A DNA stretch of 64,000 nt from Wickerhamiella versatilis (GCA_030867685.1 JAQOWU010000001.1:744001-808000); one strand, 5' to 3'; shown: positions 11,030 through 22,424, counted from the first letter of the stretch. Notes: generated by a model not told the origin, from the sequence alone. A program made the numbers and translations.

Positions 11030-12565
11030 TTACCAGCAAGATTGACTCTTCGGTGCCTCAATGACTTTGTATGGATTCAAAATCCAATTAGGGTCGTAAA
11101 GGACCTTAATTGCCTGCATCATTTTAATTGAGGTTGGGTCCTTTGTATCTTTCAGTGCGTGCAGTTTCAATAAACCTATTCCATGCTCTGCTGCGATAGA
11201 GCCACCATTAGCGGCAACAAACTCATATACAAAGGGTTCGAGGGCTGTTTCGACGGTTTTTTCATATCTCCGCAGGACAACATTCAAATGAATGTTTCCG
11301 TCCCCTATATGACCATAGCCTATGACGTCCACCACGGGTTTTGTTTCATCAGTTGTTGAAAGTAAGTCTCTTTCAACGACTTTTGACTTCGCTTCACGTA
11401 CTAATTCCCACATTTTGGGAAGCGGTAGAGACAAATCGTAAGCATTAAGTCCACCCCAAAAATTACAAAGTTTGGGTACCTCCTCGCGCCAGCGCCAAAT
11501 ATTTTTGATAGCATTTGCATTATCTGCAATTAATGCTTCCTTTACGATTCCATCCTCTTTCAGTGATTGCACAAGCTTCAGTAACTTTTCATGATCGTGT
11601 TTTTTATTAGATCCACTTGTCTCCAAAAGCACATGAAAAGGGTAAATATCATCCATCAAGGGAGGAAGTGGATCCCCCTTGAGGTTAAACGTGTATTTCG
11701 CGAGACTCATAGATGCATCGTCAATGCACTCAAAGGCGCTGAGGATTTCTGCCACTAGTTTTCGGCTTCGTATGAAGGCTTCTTCAACATGTTGGAAGTC
11801 ATTCAAGCCAAAGAACGCTACGTGGACGGACTCAGATTTTGGGACGGCTAGTATAGAGATTCCAGTAATCACACCCAATGTGCCTTCGGAACCAATAAAG
11901 AGCTGCTTCAAGTCATATCCTGTATTGTCTTTTCTCTGTGAGCTCAATCCGTTGAAGATGTCACCGTTTGCCAAGACTGCCTCAATTCCCAACACGCTTC
12001 CATGAAGACTGCCATACCTAAGCACTCGTAATCCACCAGCATTGGTTGATATATTACCACCTAATTGACATTCCCCCTTGAGCGCTAGATCTAATGGAAA
12101 GATAAATCCGTGTTGATTTAGCCATCGGTCTGCAGTGTCTAAGAGGACGCCGGCATCTGCGACGAATACACCGCTCACAGTATCGAAGGACCTTATGCGG
12201 TTCATGCGCTCCAATGAGAGGATTATCTCGTCATACACGGGAACTGAAGCACCAACTACACCTGTCCTACCTCCCTGAGGTACAACAGCTAGTTGCCGGT
12301 CATTGCAATAGCAAAGCACTTTGCTCACTTCGTCGGTAGTTTGTGGCTTCAAAACTAGACTCGAATGTCCACGAAACTTATTTACATAGTCGACATTACT
12401 CGGGGCAATTTCGGTTTCGTCGATGAGTATGCCATCATCAGACAAGATATCACGGAAGAACTTAATATCGAAATCTTCGAGTCTTGCATATTTTCCTCGA
12501 TGTACTATGGTATCATTCTCCTCTTTATATGGCGTGTCGATATTTGGAGTACTCGTCGACACCAT
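11030..12565 (-). CDS. FAD-linked D-2-hydroxyglutarate/D-lactate dehydrogenase (DLD2/DLD3-like)
   Basis: VVPQGGRTGVVGASVP, GGNISTNAGG, KDNTGYDLKQLFIGSEGTLG, GHIGDGNIH, AEHGIG, LNPYK. Confidence 0.9.
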   Translation of the reverse strand: MVSTSTPNIDTPYKEENDTIVHRGKYARLEDFDIKFFRDILSDDGILIDETEIAPSNVDYVNKFRGHSSLVLKPQTTDEVSKVLCYCNDRQLAVVPQGGRTGVVGASVPVYDEIILSLERMNRIRSFDTVSGVFVADAGVLLDTADRWLNQHGFIFPLDLALKGECQLGGNISTNAGGLRVLRYGSLHGSVLGIEAVLANGDIFNGLSSQRKDNTGYDLKQLFIGSEGTLGVITGISILAVPKSESVHVAFFGLNDFQHVEEAFIRSRKLVAEILSAFECIDDASMSLAKYTFNLKGDPLPPLMDDIYPFHVLLETSGSNKKHDHEKLLKLVQSLKEDGIVKEALIADNANAIKNIWRWREEVPKLCNFWGGLNAYDLSLPLPKMWELVREAKSKVVERDLLSTTDETKPVVDVIGYGHIGDGNIHLNVVLRRYEKTVETALEPFVYEFVAANGGSIAAEHGIGLLKLHALKDTKDPTSIKMMQAIKVLYDPNWILNPYKVIEAPKSQSCW

Positions 12566-12990
12566 TATTACTTCTGGTACTACTCATTTTTTGGCCGTAT
12601 ATAGATATATATATATAGAGAGACAGATGGAAAGATAGTCATTAATAAGGGTAGTCACATGATAAGACGTGCTCATATGTAGTCAATACTGTACAAACGC
12701 AGTGCAAAAACAAACAAGAGAGGTGTTTAAGCATAATAGGCGAGAGATTATAAGTTGGTCCTGACACCTTATTGAGACATAGTATAAGACCAGCTTCATC
12801 TTGGTCAGGCATTGTTTGGGACCACCAAGGCAGAGCAGCTTATGGCAATGCAAAACCCGAATATGACATTAATTTTTTTATGGCAATATATTACCAACAT
12901 TGTAACTACTGCTAAATGGATTAATTTGATGACCTCAAGGACCATGAATAATCGTGTTCAAATTCATGTTCGGTTCAGCTTTTATATACC

Positions 12991-13223
12991 TCATGTCCCA
13001 AAACTTGGTCACCTGTTACGACCATTGGCCCAATCTGACCTTCCTTCCAGAAATGTACATCACTGCCACAAATTCCGCAGGCTCTTACATGAACCAATAC
13101 TTCAGAAAGACCTGGTGTGCCAGAATCGAGAACAGCTCCTACCCATAGATCATGTGCAGTGTTTGTCTGTACCCCGATATTTGAAGAAGAAGACAAAGAA
13201 GAAGAAGTGATGCCGATGGATAT
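12991..13223 (-). pseudogene. 5' fragment of L-arabinitol 4-dehydrogenase / polyol dehydrogenase (Zn-MDR)
   Basis: [13 protein letters not shown]...[29 protein letters not shown] is the N-terminus of fungal LAD/xylitol dehydrogenases; no in-frame ATG (in-frame TAA upstream) and similarity stops after GHE. Confidence 0.75.
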
Positions 13224-14003
13224 TTATAAGCACGGGCCCACAATTATATAGTAGTCTCGCTTAGATATTAAGCATGAACGGCTTAGGATTAACATTAGCT
13301 CATTATATACTGAAGATCGTCCCAAACATATCAAAACATACCGGTGCACTCCAAATAATAGCTATCACTGGCGTATGTATACTCTATATTATCCTTGCGA
13401 CTCTACTACCTGCCTGATATAGCTTTGCCGATCGCATCCAACGTCGAATATACTGCTGACTAACACCCCGCAGAGGAAAAAACTACACATAGTATGATTT
13501 TTATAATTAAACCTGGCAACTGGTTAAATACTATATATATATAATAGTTGCTCAAAAGTTGTCATGTATATAGTCTATTATCGTTTTAATTTATGGATAG
13601 CAGAAGCTCAACCCCCAAGCACTTAATGGCAGCTAATGACAGGAAGACTTCTTTTGGCTACGGGTCATACTAACATAGGCTTCACCTCTAATATTATTAG
13701 TATTTACTGGGGTATTTAAAATCTAAAAATTCAAAAGATAGCTGGTTATTGCATTATTCTGGTATTCCTTTTTCCTCCCTCGCTCTGCTTTTAGGTAGGC
13801 AAAAGGGCTCGACAATATTAAGGTTGTTGGGCTATATGCGTATTTTTATTCTTTACTTAGTCCTAAGCCAGTATTTGTGTGGTGACCCATGAGCAAGTTG
13901 TTCGTCGGAGGTTTGGGGTTTTTGGTGTTAAGACGACTAATGTCTTACATCGCCTCGTAAGGTCCGGTGTGTTCGAGCGCTCAACCAATCATTTCATTAC
14001 TGT

Positions 14004-15455
14004 ATGCTGGTTGCTGGAGTTGATTCGTCGACCCAAGCCACTAAAGTGCTTATAGTTGATGCTGAGACGGGTGAACAGGTTCGTTTTGGGAAATGCCGTC
14101 ATCCAGAGGGTACAGAGTGTCCCCCAGAAGTTTGGTGGGATGCCCTGAAAACAGCCATAAAAGACGCTAATGGGCTTGATGATGTTAAAGCCATTAGTGT
14201 TGGAGGGCAGCAACACGGAATGGTGGCCCTTGATGGGGAGGGTCGAGTAATTCGCCCTGCACTCTTATGGAATGACACTAAAAGTGCTGATGCGGCCCGC
14301 GATCTTGTTGAAGAAGCTGGTGGGGATCTCTATGCGAAACGAATAGGTATTGTACCCGTCACAAGTTTCACAGCTTCGAAGCTACGATGGCTCCAAACAC
14401 ACGAGCCTGAAAATGCTGCAAAAGTACGAGCAGTGATATTGCCCCATGACTATCTGACATGGAGGCTACTTGGTTATGGCCCGCGTTCAGAATCTGAGCT
14501 TGGGCCTGACTTAGAGGCCCTTGTCACAGATCGAAGCGATGCATCTGGAACTGCTTATTGGTCCAGTATGACAGATAAGTACGACTATGACATGTTCAAA
14601 TATGCCTTCAATCGTACGGCTCGCGAGGCAGGCTCAAAGGACCAAGGTGATGTCATTCTACCTCGTGTTCTCAAACCAAACGAGCGGGCAGGGGTAGCAC
14701 CCTCTGGTTTGATTGTGGGCCCGGGAGCAGGAGACAATGCAGGAGGTGCGATTGGTCTCCATGCAGTAGAGGGCGATATAATCGTATCAATTGGGACTAG
14801 TGGCACTGTTTTCACTCCTTCGCCACAACATGTAGCTGATCCAACTGGAACCGTCTGTGGATTCTGTGATTGCACAGGTAAACAGCTGCCATTGGTTTGC
14901 ACATTGAATGGCGCGAGATGCATTGATGCTGTATGCAGGATTTTGGATGTCACTTTTGACCACTTGGTTGATCTTGTAAGGCAATCGGAACCAGGGGCAA
15001 ATGGTCTGGTTTTGATTCCCTATTTCCAGGGAGAACGTACACCAAACTTGCCAGATGCCAAGGGTTCTTTATTAAACATTGATCTTCATAATTTAACCCG
15101 CCCTAATATTGCCAGGGCTTTTGTTGAAGGAGTTGTATGTTCCATGGCAGATGGCCTGGAAGCCATTCGGAGTGAAATTCCTAATGTTCCTATGAAACGT
15201 TTGATATTAATCGGGGGTGCTTCAGCAAATCCAGCGGTTCAAGAATGTGCTGCAGAAATCTTTGATAATGTACCTGTTGTAGTCCCAACGCCGGGTGAAT
15301 ATGTAGCAAGAGGCGGTGCGGCTCAGGCTGCATGGGTTTTACTTGGCTATCTTCCTAATTGGAAACTGCCGTTGGATCGCGAATTAGCCCCTAAACCTGT
15401 GAAAAAGGTCTTTCAGCAATATCTGGCAGCAAAAGAAATCTACTTCAGGTCTTAA
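14004..15455 (+). CDS. xylB: Xylulokinase, FGGY family, actinobacterial type
   Basis: LVAGVDSSTQ, ISVGGQQHGMV, RPALLWND, TDRSDASGT, GAGDNAG, SIGTSG, PYFQGERTP. Confidence 0.85.
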   Translation: MLVAGVDSSTQATKVLIVDAETGEQVRFGKCRHPEGTECPPEVWWDALKTAIKDANGLDDVKAISVGGQQHGMVALDGEGRVIRPALLWNDTKSADAARDLVEEAGGDLYAKRIGIVPVTSFTASKLRWLQTHEPENAAKVRAVILPHDYLTWRLLGYGPRSESELGPDLEALVTDRSDASGTAYWSSMTDKYDYDMFKYAFNRTAREAGSKDQGDVILPRVLKPNERAGVAPSGLIVGPGAGDNAGGAIGLHAVEGDIIVSIGTSGTVFTPSPQHVADPTGTVCGFCDCTGKQLPLVCTLNGARCIDAVCRILDVTFDHLVDLVRQSEPGANGLVLIPYFQGERTPNLPDAKGSLLNIDLHNLTRPNIARAFVEGVVCSMADGLEAIRSEIPNVPMKRLILIGGASANPAVQECAAEIFDNVPVVVPTPGEYVARGGAAQAAWVLLGYLPNWKLPLDRELAPKPVKKVFQQYLAAKEIYFRS

Positions 15456-16047
15456 ACCAGATAGTCTTGGTCTGATTTATCTGAGACTTCTCTTTTGATC
15501 TTATTCATCCTATCTTAAAAAGTCATTTCATAGTTATATATAGAGATATAGGCACACAGTCTTATATAACTAACGTACAATGTGGTCCCGAGGCATTAGG
15601 TAATATTTTGAGACACTTGATATGCTTTCATCGCTCGCCCGGTTTCGATACGGCTTGATTTTAAACAGATACATTCTAGAACTATCGCTTTATTTTATAG
15701 GTAATCTCATGCGTTTCTGGAAAATTAATGAGATTCTTGATATACGTATGGAAAAGCCTGGCAGGTGCTGCTGGGTTAGGTCCTCTCAAAATGGCTATCT
15801 GTAAACAGGCAATAACGGCGAACGCGAAATGGGTCCATAGTAACTTATTGGTTCTTTTCAAATGGTAATCATCCGTGAAAGTGCTTAATTTAATAACGTT
15901 TTTTGTTTTTCATCGGGGCTGAAATGTCCTATGTTAAGCTATCACACTATATATGAACAATTTGTGGCTGGGTACTTCTTGTCCTACATAAGCGCTTGCG
16001 CATATCTCCACACATCACACCTCGGCAGATTAAAAAACTAAGAGAGT

Positions 16048-17178
16048 ATGTCCAACTTGGTTCGAGCAGACATCAAGGAAAGACAGTCAAATCTTGAAGT
16101 TCTAAGGATAATCAGCATGGTTCTTATTGTTGCACATCACTTTCAGCTAGATCGTGATTTCGAACGGGATGAGAACGGCCTTTCTGTGCATCCAATGAAT
16201 GAATTTACGTTGAACTTATTGCATTCAGGAGGGAAAGTAGGTGTTAATATATTCATGCTATTAAGCGGATACTTTCTTAAGGACCAAGGTGTGAAGCCAA
16301 AAGCACTGATAAGAACCTGGGTACAGACTATAATGTGGTCACATGTAATACTCTTTGCTGAGTTTTTTCGTAGACCACTATACACCCACGATTACCTTTA
16401 CGGGCTGTTCCCTGTAACGAGCTACTCCTACTGGTATGTATCTGCATATTTTACTGTCATGCTATTATCGCCCATTATTACACATACTGTGTCCCATGCA
16501 TCCGATCTCAGGCTCATTTTAGTACTAGTCACAATGTTCGTTACCATGAGTGTATTAGGCTGGCCTGATTGTACCGCTTACTGCAATAACATGTGGCTTG
16601 TATTTGTATCTCTGCTAGGGGCCTCGTTGAAAAGGTTCGAAAGGCTGAAAGAAAGTATCACTCTCAAATTTTGCACTTCAGCTTTGATACTTTCCCTCTT
16701 TTGCAGTATTTCAAGCATTTTTTATTTTATTACGTATCCAACCTCTAGTTACGCTCAGCGTTACGGCGGATATGCTCTCACATTTGATATTAGAAGCCCA
16801 ATGTCACTTATTTTATCAGTCCTAGCTTTTCTTATCGCCTCAAAGACTAGCATTCAGTCTCGCTATATAAATGCGGTTGCAGGATGTACATTTGGGGTGT
16901 ACCTTATCCATGAAAGTCCATTTCTTAGGTATGATATTTGGCACACTATTATGCAAACAAGTCGTTGTCAGGACGAAGCAACTTTTCCAGCATATGCTCT
17001 ACTTGACATTTTCACTGTATACATCGGTTGCTCCGCACTAGAATTGTTACGTCAAAATTTGTTTGCGGCAGCTGAAACAAAGGCGACCAGCAAGATTGAA
17101 ATGCTTCTGCTATATGTAGAGGCGAAATATGAAGAGCTTTTGTCCTCAAACGAAAAGATGTTCATCTCTTTAGCATAG
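16048..17178 (+). CDS. Acyltransferase family 3 (membrane O-acyltransferase), bacterial type
   Basis: RQSNLEVLRIISMVLIVAHH, GVNIFMLLSGYF, YWYVSAY, TFGVYLIH; ~10 TM segments. Confidence 0.8.
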   Translation: MSNLVRADIKERQSNLEVLRIISMVLIVAHHFQLDRDFERDENGLSVHPMNEFTLNLLHSGGKVGVNIFMLLSGYFLKDQGVKPKALIRTWVQTIMWSHVILFAEFFRRPLYTHDYLYGLFPVTSYSYWYVSAYFTVMLLSPIITHTVSHASDLRLILVLVTMFVTMSVLGWPDCTAYCNNMWLVFVSLLGASLKRFERLKESITLKFCTSALILSLFCSISSIFYFITYPTSSYAQRYGGYALTFDIRSPMSLILSVLAFLIASKTSIQSRYINAVAGCTFGVYLIHESPFLRYDIWHTIMQTSRCQDEATFPAYALLDIFTVYIGCSALELLRQNLFAAAETKATSKIEMLLLYVEAKYEELLSSNEKMFISLA

Positions 17179-17724
17179 AAATTCACGTACAAACCATGTA
17201 TTCCGTTCTTAGTTGATATTGTATTAGATAGGTTTTAGGATTGTAGATTTTTTAGTTAGCATATTTTCTGTCTGAACATGGAGGACCTATTGCCGTCAAT
17301 TGTCTCATTGGCTTTGCACTTCTCAATTAAGCAGCATAAGTTTTCTGGGTAAATACCTCAGGCCTGAAGCTGGCAACAAAGTACTAAGAATGTGCAATCA
17401 AATTGAATGAAGAATAATACAGTAGCAATCAAATATTATCACCTCCCAGTCATATGCTTTAGAAGTATGTAAATTTATTCTGAGGGAAAACAGAATATAG
17501 GTAGAAATATCTTGACCTAGTATATTCAGAGAGCTCCGCGCACCGTAAAGAAGGTAATTGACTCAGCTGGCTTGGCACACTATTACTATAAATGTCTACT
17601 GAATACATCAAATGACTGCGAAAATTAGATAAGCCACACGAGTTATTATGATCCCTCGAGATACTGATGTTGGTGAAATTTTTTGCATCCTAGCTTAGAG
17701 TTTATTTCTATTATATTGAGAAAA

Positions 17725-18723
17725 TTAAAGTGTTGCCTCCATAGGGGATAGACCCCATCTATGCAGCATTTTCTTGTCTTCGTCCCATCCTGTACACATA
17801 GTAGTCAACATCCTTTCTCCTGTAAAAATAGCATTACAACCAGCCATAAAGCATAGAAATTGTTCGTGCTCCTTCATAGTATAACGTCCTGCTGCAAGTC
17901 TTATTATGCTGGTAGGCATGACCAGTCGGGCTGTGGCAATCGTTCGCACGATGGCATCAAGTGAGAGTTTTGGTGAGTTTTTCAAATCCTCGATAATTTT
18001 GGTACCCTCGATAGGGATAAGGCGATTTATAGGTAATGATTCTGGATGTTTTTTCAGATTGGAGAGTGTATGCAGGAATCCAATATGGTCCTCTTCAGTT
18101 TCACCCATACCTAATATACCTCCAGTACATACATTGATATCCGCAGAACCTATATTATCTAGCGTCTGCAAACGATCGTCATATGTCCTTGTACTGATTA
18201 CCTTTGGGTAATGTTCACGCGATGTATCAATGTTATGATTGTAGGCTGTAAGTCCACAGTCTTTCAAGTATCTAGCTTGCTCATTGTTGATCATGCCAAG
18301 TGTAACGCAACTTTCCATTCCCAGAGCATGAATCCCTTTAACCATTTCTCCGATGCGTGTGAGCCCACTTTTCCTTCCTCTCATTTCACGCCATGCCGCT
18401 CCCATGCAGAAACGGGTGCTACCATTCTCCTTTGCTTTAACCGCCTTTTCGAGTACTTCTTCGATAGCTACGAGCTTCTCTGCTTTGAGCCCCGTATTAT
18501 GGCGAGAAGACTGTGAGCAATACTTACAATCTTCAGTACAGCCACCAGTCTTGATATTCATAAGTGTGCAGAGTTGTACCTTGCGAGGGTCATGCCAGCG
18601 ACGATGCTGGTTCTGTGCTTGATGAACAAGCTCGAGCAAAGGAGTCTGGTAAATTTCTCGGAGTTCAGAACGAGTCCACTGATTGCTCGGCAAAGTAAGC
18701 TTTAGGGCTCGAGTCAGTGACAT
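17725..18723 (-). CDS. BIO2: Biotin synthase (radical SAM)
   Basis: CTEDCKYC (CxxxCxxC), YNHNIDTSREHY, HPESLPIN, IRLAAGR, AGCNAIFTG; yeast Bio2-like throughout. Confidence 0.95.
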   Translation of the reverse strand: MSLTRALKLTLPSNQWTRSELREIYQTPLLELVHQAQNQHRRWHDPRKVQLCTLMNIKTGGCTEDCKYCSQSSRHNTGLKAEKLVAIEEVLEKAVKAKENGSTRFCMGAAWREMRGRKSGLTRIGEMVKGIHALGMESCVTLGMINNEQARYLKDCGLTAYNHNIDTSREHYPKVISTRTYDDRLQTLDNIGSADINVCTGGILGMGETEEDHIGFLHTLSNLKKHPESLPINRLIPIEGTKIIEDLKNSPKLSLDAIVRTIATARLVMPTSIIRLAAGRYTMKEHEQFLCFMAGCNAIFTGERMLTTMCTGWDEDKKMLHRWGLSPMEATL

Positions 18724-20256
18724 AGTGCGAAAAAAAATGCTAGTTGGTGCTTATCAAATAGTAATCTGTTGCATATTGCTTTTCTACCTATTTTGATTGG
18801 TAACATAGGTATTTGCCCCATCATGACTATGCAATGGAGTCATACTACCCTTACCCTACGTAAAATAAACGATTTTTTGCATGTCTTCGTTTGAAAGGGA
18901 GAACTTGGAGGATGGTGGGACTTAGTACTTATCCGGGCTCGTTATGAAAACAGAAACCTAAAAAAACGGAACAGGCTAGCATGGGTGGGCATTTTATCCT
19001 CTGACGGTCCGACGTCTGTTATCTAGTGGTGCCATAGAGTATGCTAGCACGTATATACGTCGAATGGAACATTCTTCCTTAGTTTACTTTGTAGGGTTCT
19101 CAGTTGATCATCATGGCAACCTATCCTTTGGGTCACTGTTTAATATAATTTATTTAATAAGGTCCGTATGTTCAAGAACGTTCTAGCAACTAATATCGTA
19201 GGAATTTCGTGGTACTATGAAGCTCATGTGATTCATTTCTAATAGTAAGCTTCATTTGTAGATGGTCACTGGTTGTGTAAAAATCAAGTGATTCAAAAGG
19301 TATGCCCTAAACTGCTTGAACAAAGTAGTCTCAAGTGCACCAAAGAGGATTTCTGAAATAGATTTTTTACCACAGATACAGAGACACACAGGTCAGTAAT
19401 AACCCACCTCTCAAATTTACCTCTAAAACCCTCGATAACACAATAACACATATTTTGTAGTAATCAAACTCAGGTAATTATATAGCATTTATCATTAGGG
19501 ATTTATGTGCCTACCGTCAAAGTACTCATGTCCATGTTCACTGTGACTTTGCTTATATCTTTAGTATGTCTGAAGCATCATAAGGTCATATATACGATAT
19601 AGGGAAGCTTGGTACAGATGAATATGCGATTCTAGCAATTAACCTTATGTGCTAGAGCTGCAACCTACAGGTAAGTATGTGGATGTAACGACGCACCCTC
19701 AAAAATTTCCCCTTCTGTTCTCGAACCGTAGAGAGGCATTTCGCCATTAACAACTGCATAAGTTGTCATCCGTACAAAATTTTCAAAAGTGAAACCGTGG
19801 AAGCTAGGATACTGATAGTGATAGATAAAGTCCAAGGTTGAGCTTTAGAGTCTTCGATACCCAGTATTGCCATATACCATAAATCATTAGCATCTGAATC
19901 TTCTATACCTGGAATATAAAGCCTTTTTACTGGACCCTGGTTGGACAATGCAATGTCGCGATACCAGCGACAATGACTTTAGATCACTCTGTATTGCAAT
20001 AATTTTATTTTTCTTCATAAACATAATTCCCGATTTTGTCAGTCGTACCTCATGGGAAATAAGCAATAGTATCTGACGATTGCTACGGAACAAAACTAGA
20101 AGCCAGTCCATAGTCAGGTCTATTGATGTAAAAGGAGTATTGTTTTCAATTTCCTAAATTTATGCTAGTAGAATATTTTGAAGATTCCGCCAAATTGAGT
20201 TATATATATAGGTTCTGGTCATATTTCTCTTGAGGCAGAATGAGTCTTTAGGCAGA

Positions 20257-20697
20257 ATGAGTCAGAATATTGGCCCGAGGACAATGGACCCAAGTGAGTA
20301 TGAGGTATGCAAGGAATGCCCTAGTGCTGAGGATTACTGTCGATTAAGAAAAGAGGCAGGACTAAGTGGAAAAAGCCTTGAAGTCGCTACTCGAGGGTTG
20401 CCTAAATCACTATTTGCTGTAAGTGTATATGATGGCGGCACTCTTGTTGGGATGGGACGTGTAGTTGGCGATGATTGTCATCTACAGATTGTTGATATGG
20501 CTGTGAAGCCCTCCATGCAACGCCAGGGAATTGGTAAATTGGTGATGAAAAACCTCTGCGACCAGATGGCTGCAAATGTAGATCCCACCGCTTATATTAG
20601 CATGATCGCTGATGGTGACTCACATTATTTATATTCTCAATTTGGATTTATGCCTGTAGAGCCATATTCAATTGGAATGTGGCGCCGCTTTCCTTAA
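20257..20697 (+). CDS. GNAT N-acetyltransferase, bacterial type
   Basis: YCRLRKEAGLS, LVGMGRVVGD, DMAVKPSMQRQGIG (acetyl-CoA motif), LYSQFGF; ATG 20257 or 20284. Confidence 0.8.
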   Translation: MSQNIGPRTMDPSEYEVCKECPSAEDYCRLRKEAGLSGKSLEVATRGLPKSLFAVSVYDGGTLVGMGRVVGDDCHLQIVDMAVKPSMQRQGIGKLVMKNLCDQMAANVDPTAYISMIADGDSHYLYSQFGFMPVEPYSIGMWRRFP

Positions 20698-21536
20698 TTC
20701 TACATGCAGCTAGTCTTCTAGGCGCACAGATTGCCTAAATCTATACCATCATTGAAACTTGGGAGTATTCTATTAGAATTATAGATGACTCCACACCAAT
20801 TTTTATCTTATTTTTTGGGAATAGTTTCTGGTATTTGTTACATATTGAATATGAATCGCTAATTAGCTAAAAAGTTTAATTAATTCAGCTTCACGCCGGG
20901 CTGAAGAATAACAGGTGTTTAGTCTATAAAAGCATACTTATACTCAAAATGTAAATGGCTCAACAATTGCTTGCATGATTCTTACACTGGTTACCAGGGA
21001 AAGCTAGCTCGCTGGATTATTACTTAGCGATTCGCGAAAGAAGATGCTGATATAGCTTTGTCTGATATGAGATGGGAGATAGAGGATATTAACAGCGTAG
21101 TCAAAATAGTAGGCTTTAGTACCAAATTTTTTAAAATGTGACCATCATGAATCGCAGTCGCTTTTCTGAAAAAGTAGAGTAAGCTGAGAAGGGTCAACCG
21201 ACGAATTCATGGACAGTGTCCGCGGGGTGTCTTTACTATTGAAAACATAGAGATGTATGTAAGATAGCCCACTATGCTGGCTAGTGGCATATTTCACGAA
21301 GTCGGATGTGTACTTCATCACGATTCATGCTATTCTCCTTAAGACTGTGTGGTTCTTCTTGTATTATGTTAGATCCACTTCACTATCTGAGACTGGCTGG
21401 ACAATGAAAGATAGCCCATTTGCTAATGATTAAATATTTGTTAAATTGGAAAAATACTATTAGTTTCGTACACACATATCAATTCTAGCTATAATAAATT
21501 TATTTCGACATCACATTGACCGGAAGTGGGCTATCC

Positions 21537-21896
21537 CTATCCAAGACTCAGCGGGGAAATCGTGTGTATTCGGCTAGGAATCTTCTGCCTGAAATAATTT
21601 TCAAGTGGGTGTGTTGGACTCATAGGTTCGCTGAAACTGTAATCCTCATCAGATGCAGACTCACACAGGTCAACATCAGGGCCTGATTCAATATCTTCGG
21701 GGTAATGATCAAAATAGGACGGATATATAAACGGTGATTTTTCAAAAGGGTCATGATCAGAATAAATCTGCCGCTTTCCAAGTGGTACAGAATCTTTATT
21801 TTTGCAGATGGCAGAGCAATAGATTTCCTTGAACGAATTCAGCGGAGCGTTGCACGCGCTGCAAGACTGGGGGAATAATTCGAATTCAGCAGTCAT
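21537..21896 (-). CDS. Ecl1-family (extender of chronological lifespan) Cys-rich small protein
   Basis: CxxC-x11-YCSxxCxxxD-like Cys pattern (CSAC...IYCSAICKNKD) followed by a Ser/Pro/acidic tail. Confidence 0.65.
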   Translation of the reverse strand: MTAEFELFPQSCSACNAPLNSFKEIYCSAICKNKDSVPLGKRQIYSDHDPFEKSPFIYPSYFDHYPEDIESGPDVDLCESASDEDYSFSEPMSPTHPLENYFRQKIPSRIHTISPLSLG

Positions 21897-22290
21897 GGTT
21901 GATTATTCTCAACCAAGAGGGAAGATACTTATAGAGAAGAATGTCGAAATAACGTAATTTATACTACTATGACTAAATGGCGCACGCGATAGTTCCTTTG
22001 AGTCATATCCAAGTACGACATCTGGCTTAGTGAGCGGGTGATCAATCACGTGTATTTCTGACATTTTGGGCAGTTGGAAGCGGCATGTCATAAAACTACG
22101 GAGCGGCGAGTACTTAGCTTTTAGATCAGTTTTAATTCTTGGACTAATATTATAGTTATTACATGGTCAATAGTGTCCCTAGTATTCCACATATACGAAT
22201 CAGATTGATATCTCGAATCATCCTGCAGGTCACTTGAAAACCTTTCATTTTACTTCTACCTCAGAAGAATTTCTCTCCTGTGTCTCGCGT

Positions 22291-22424
22291 TCACGTGAAG
22301 TATGATCTCACAACAATATACTATTACACAACTAGGGATTTTCACATTGCAAAGATCACATGATAAGGCATAGTCTTATCACGCGATATCACGTACCCCT
22401 TGTATTTGAAGTGGTCATCACGTA
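22291..22424. promoter_or_regulatory. FMO upstream region with E-box TCACGTGA (22291-22298) and inverted GATA pair TGATAAG-n7-CTTATCA (22361-22381)
   Basis: Motifs read directly; Cbf1 and GATA-factor assignment is by analogy to S. cerevisiae. Confidence 0.45.

Noticed and set aside
13373-13678. GTATGT, GACTAAC..CAG and TACTAACATAG splice-like signals upstream of xylB
   Set aside because: No coding exon can be built; a 5'UTR intron cannot be supported without RNA data
19150-20130. Short minus-strand ORFs (19766-19948, 19887-20111) as a decayed gene
   Set aside because: No recognisable family motif in any frame I read
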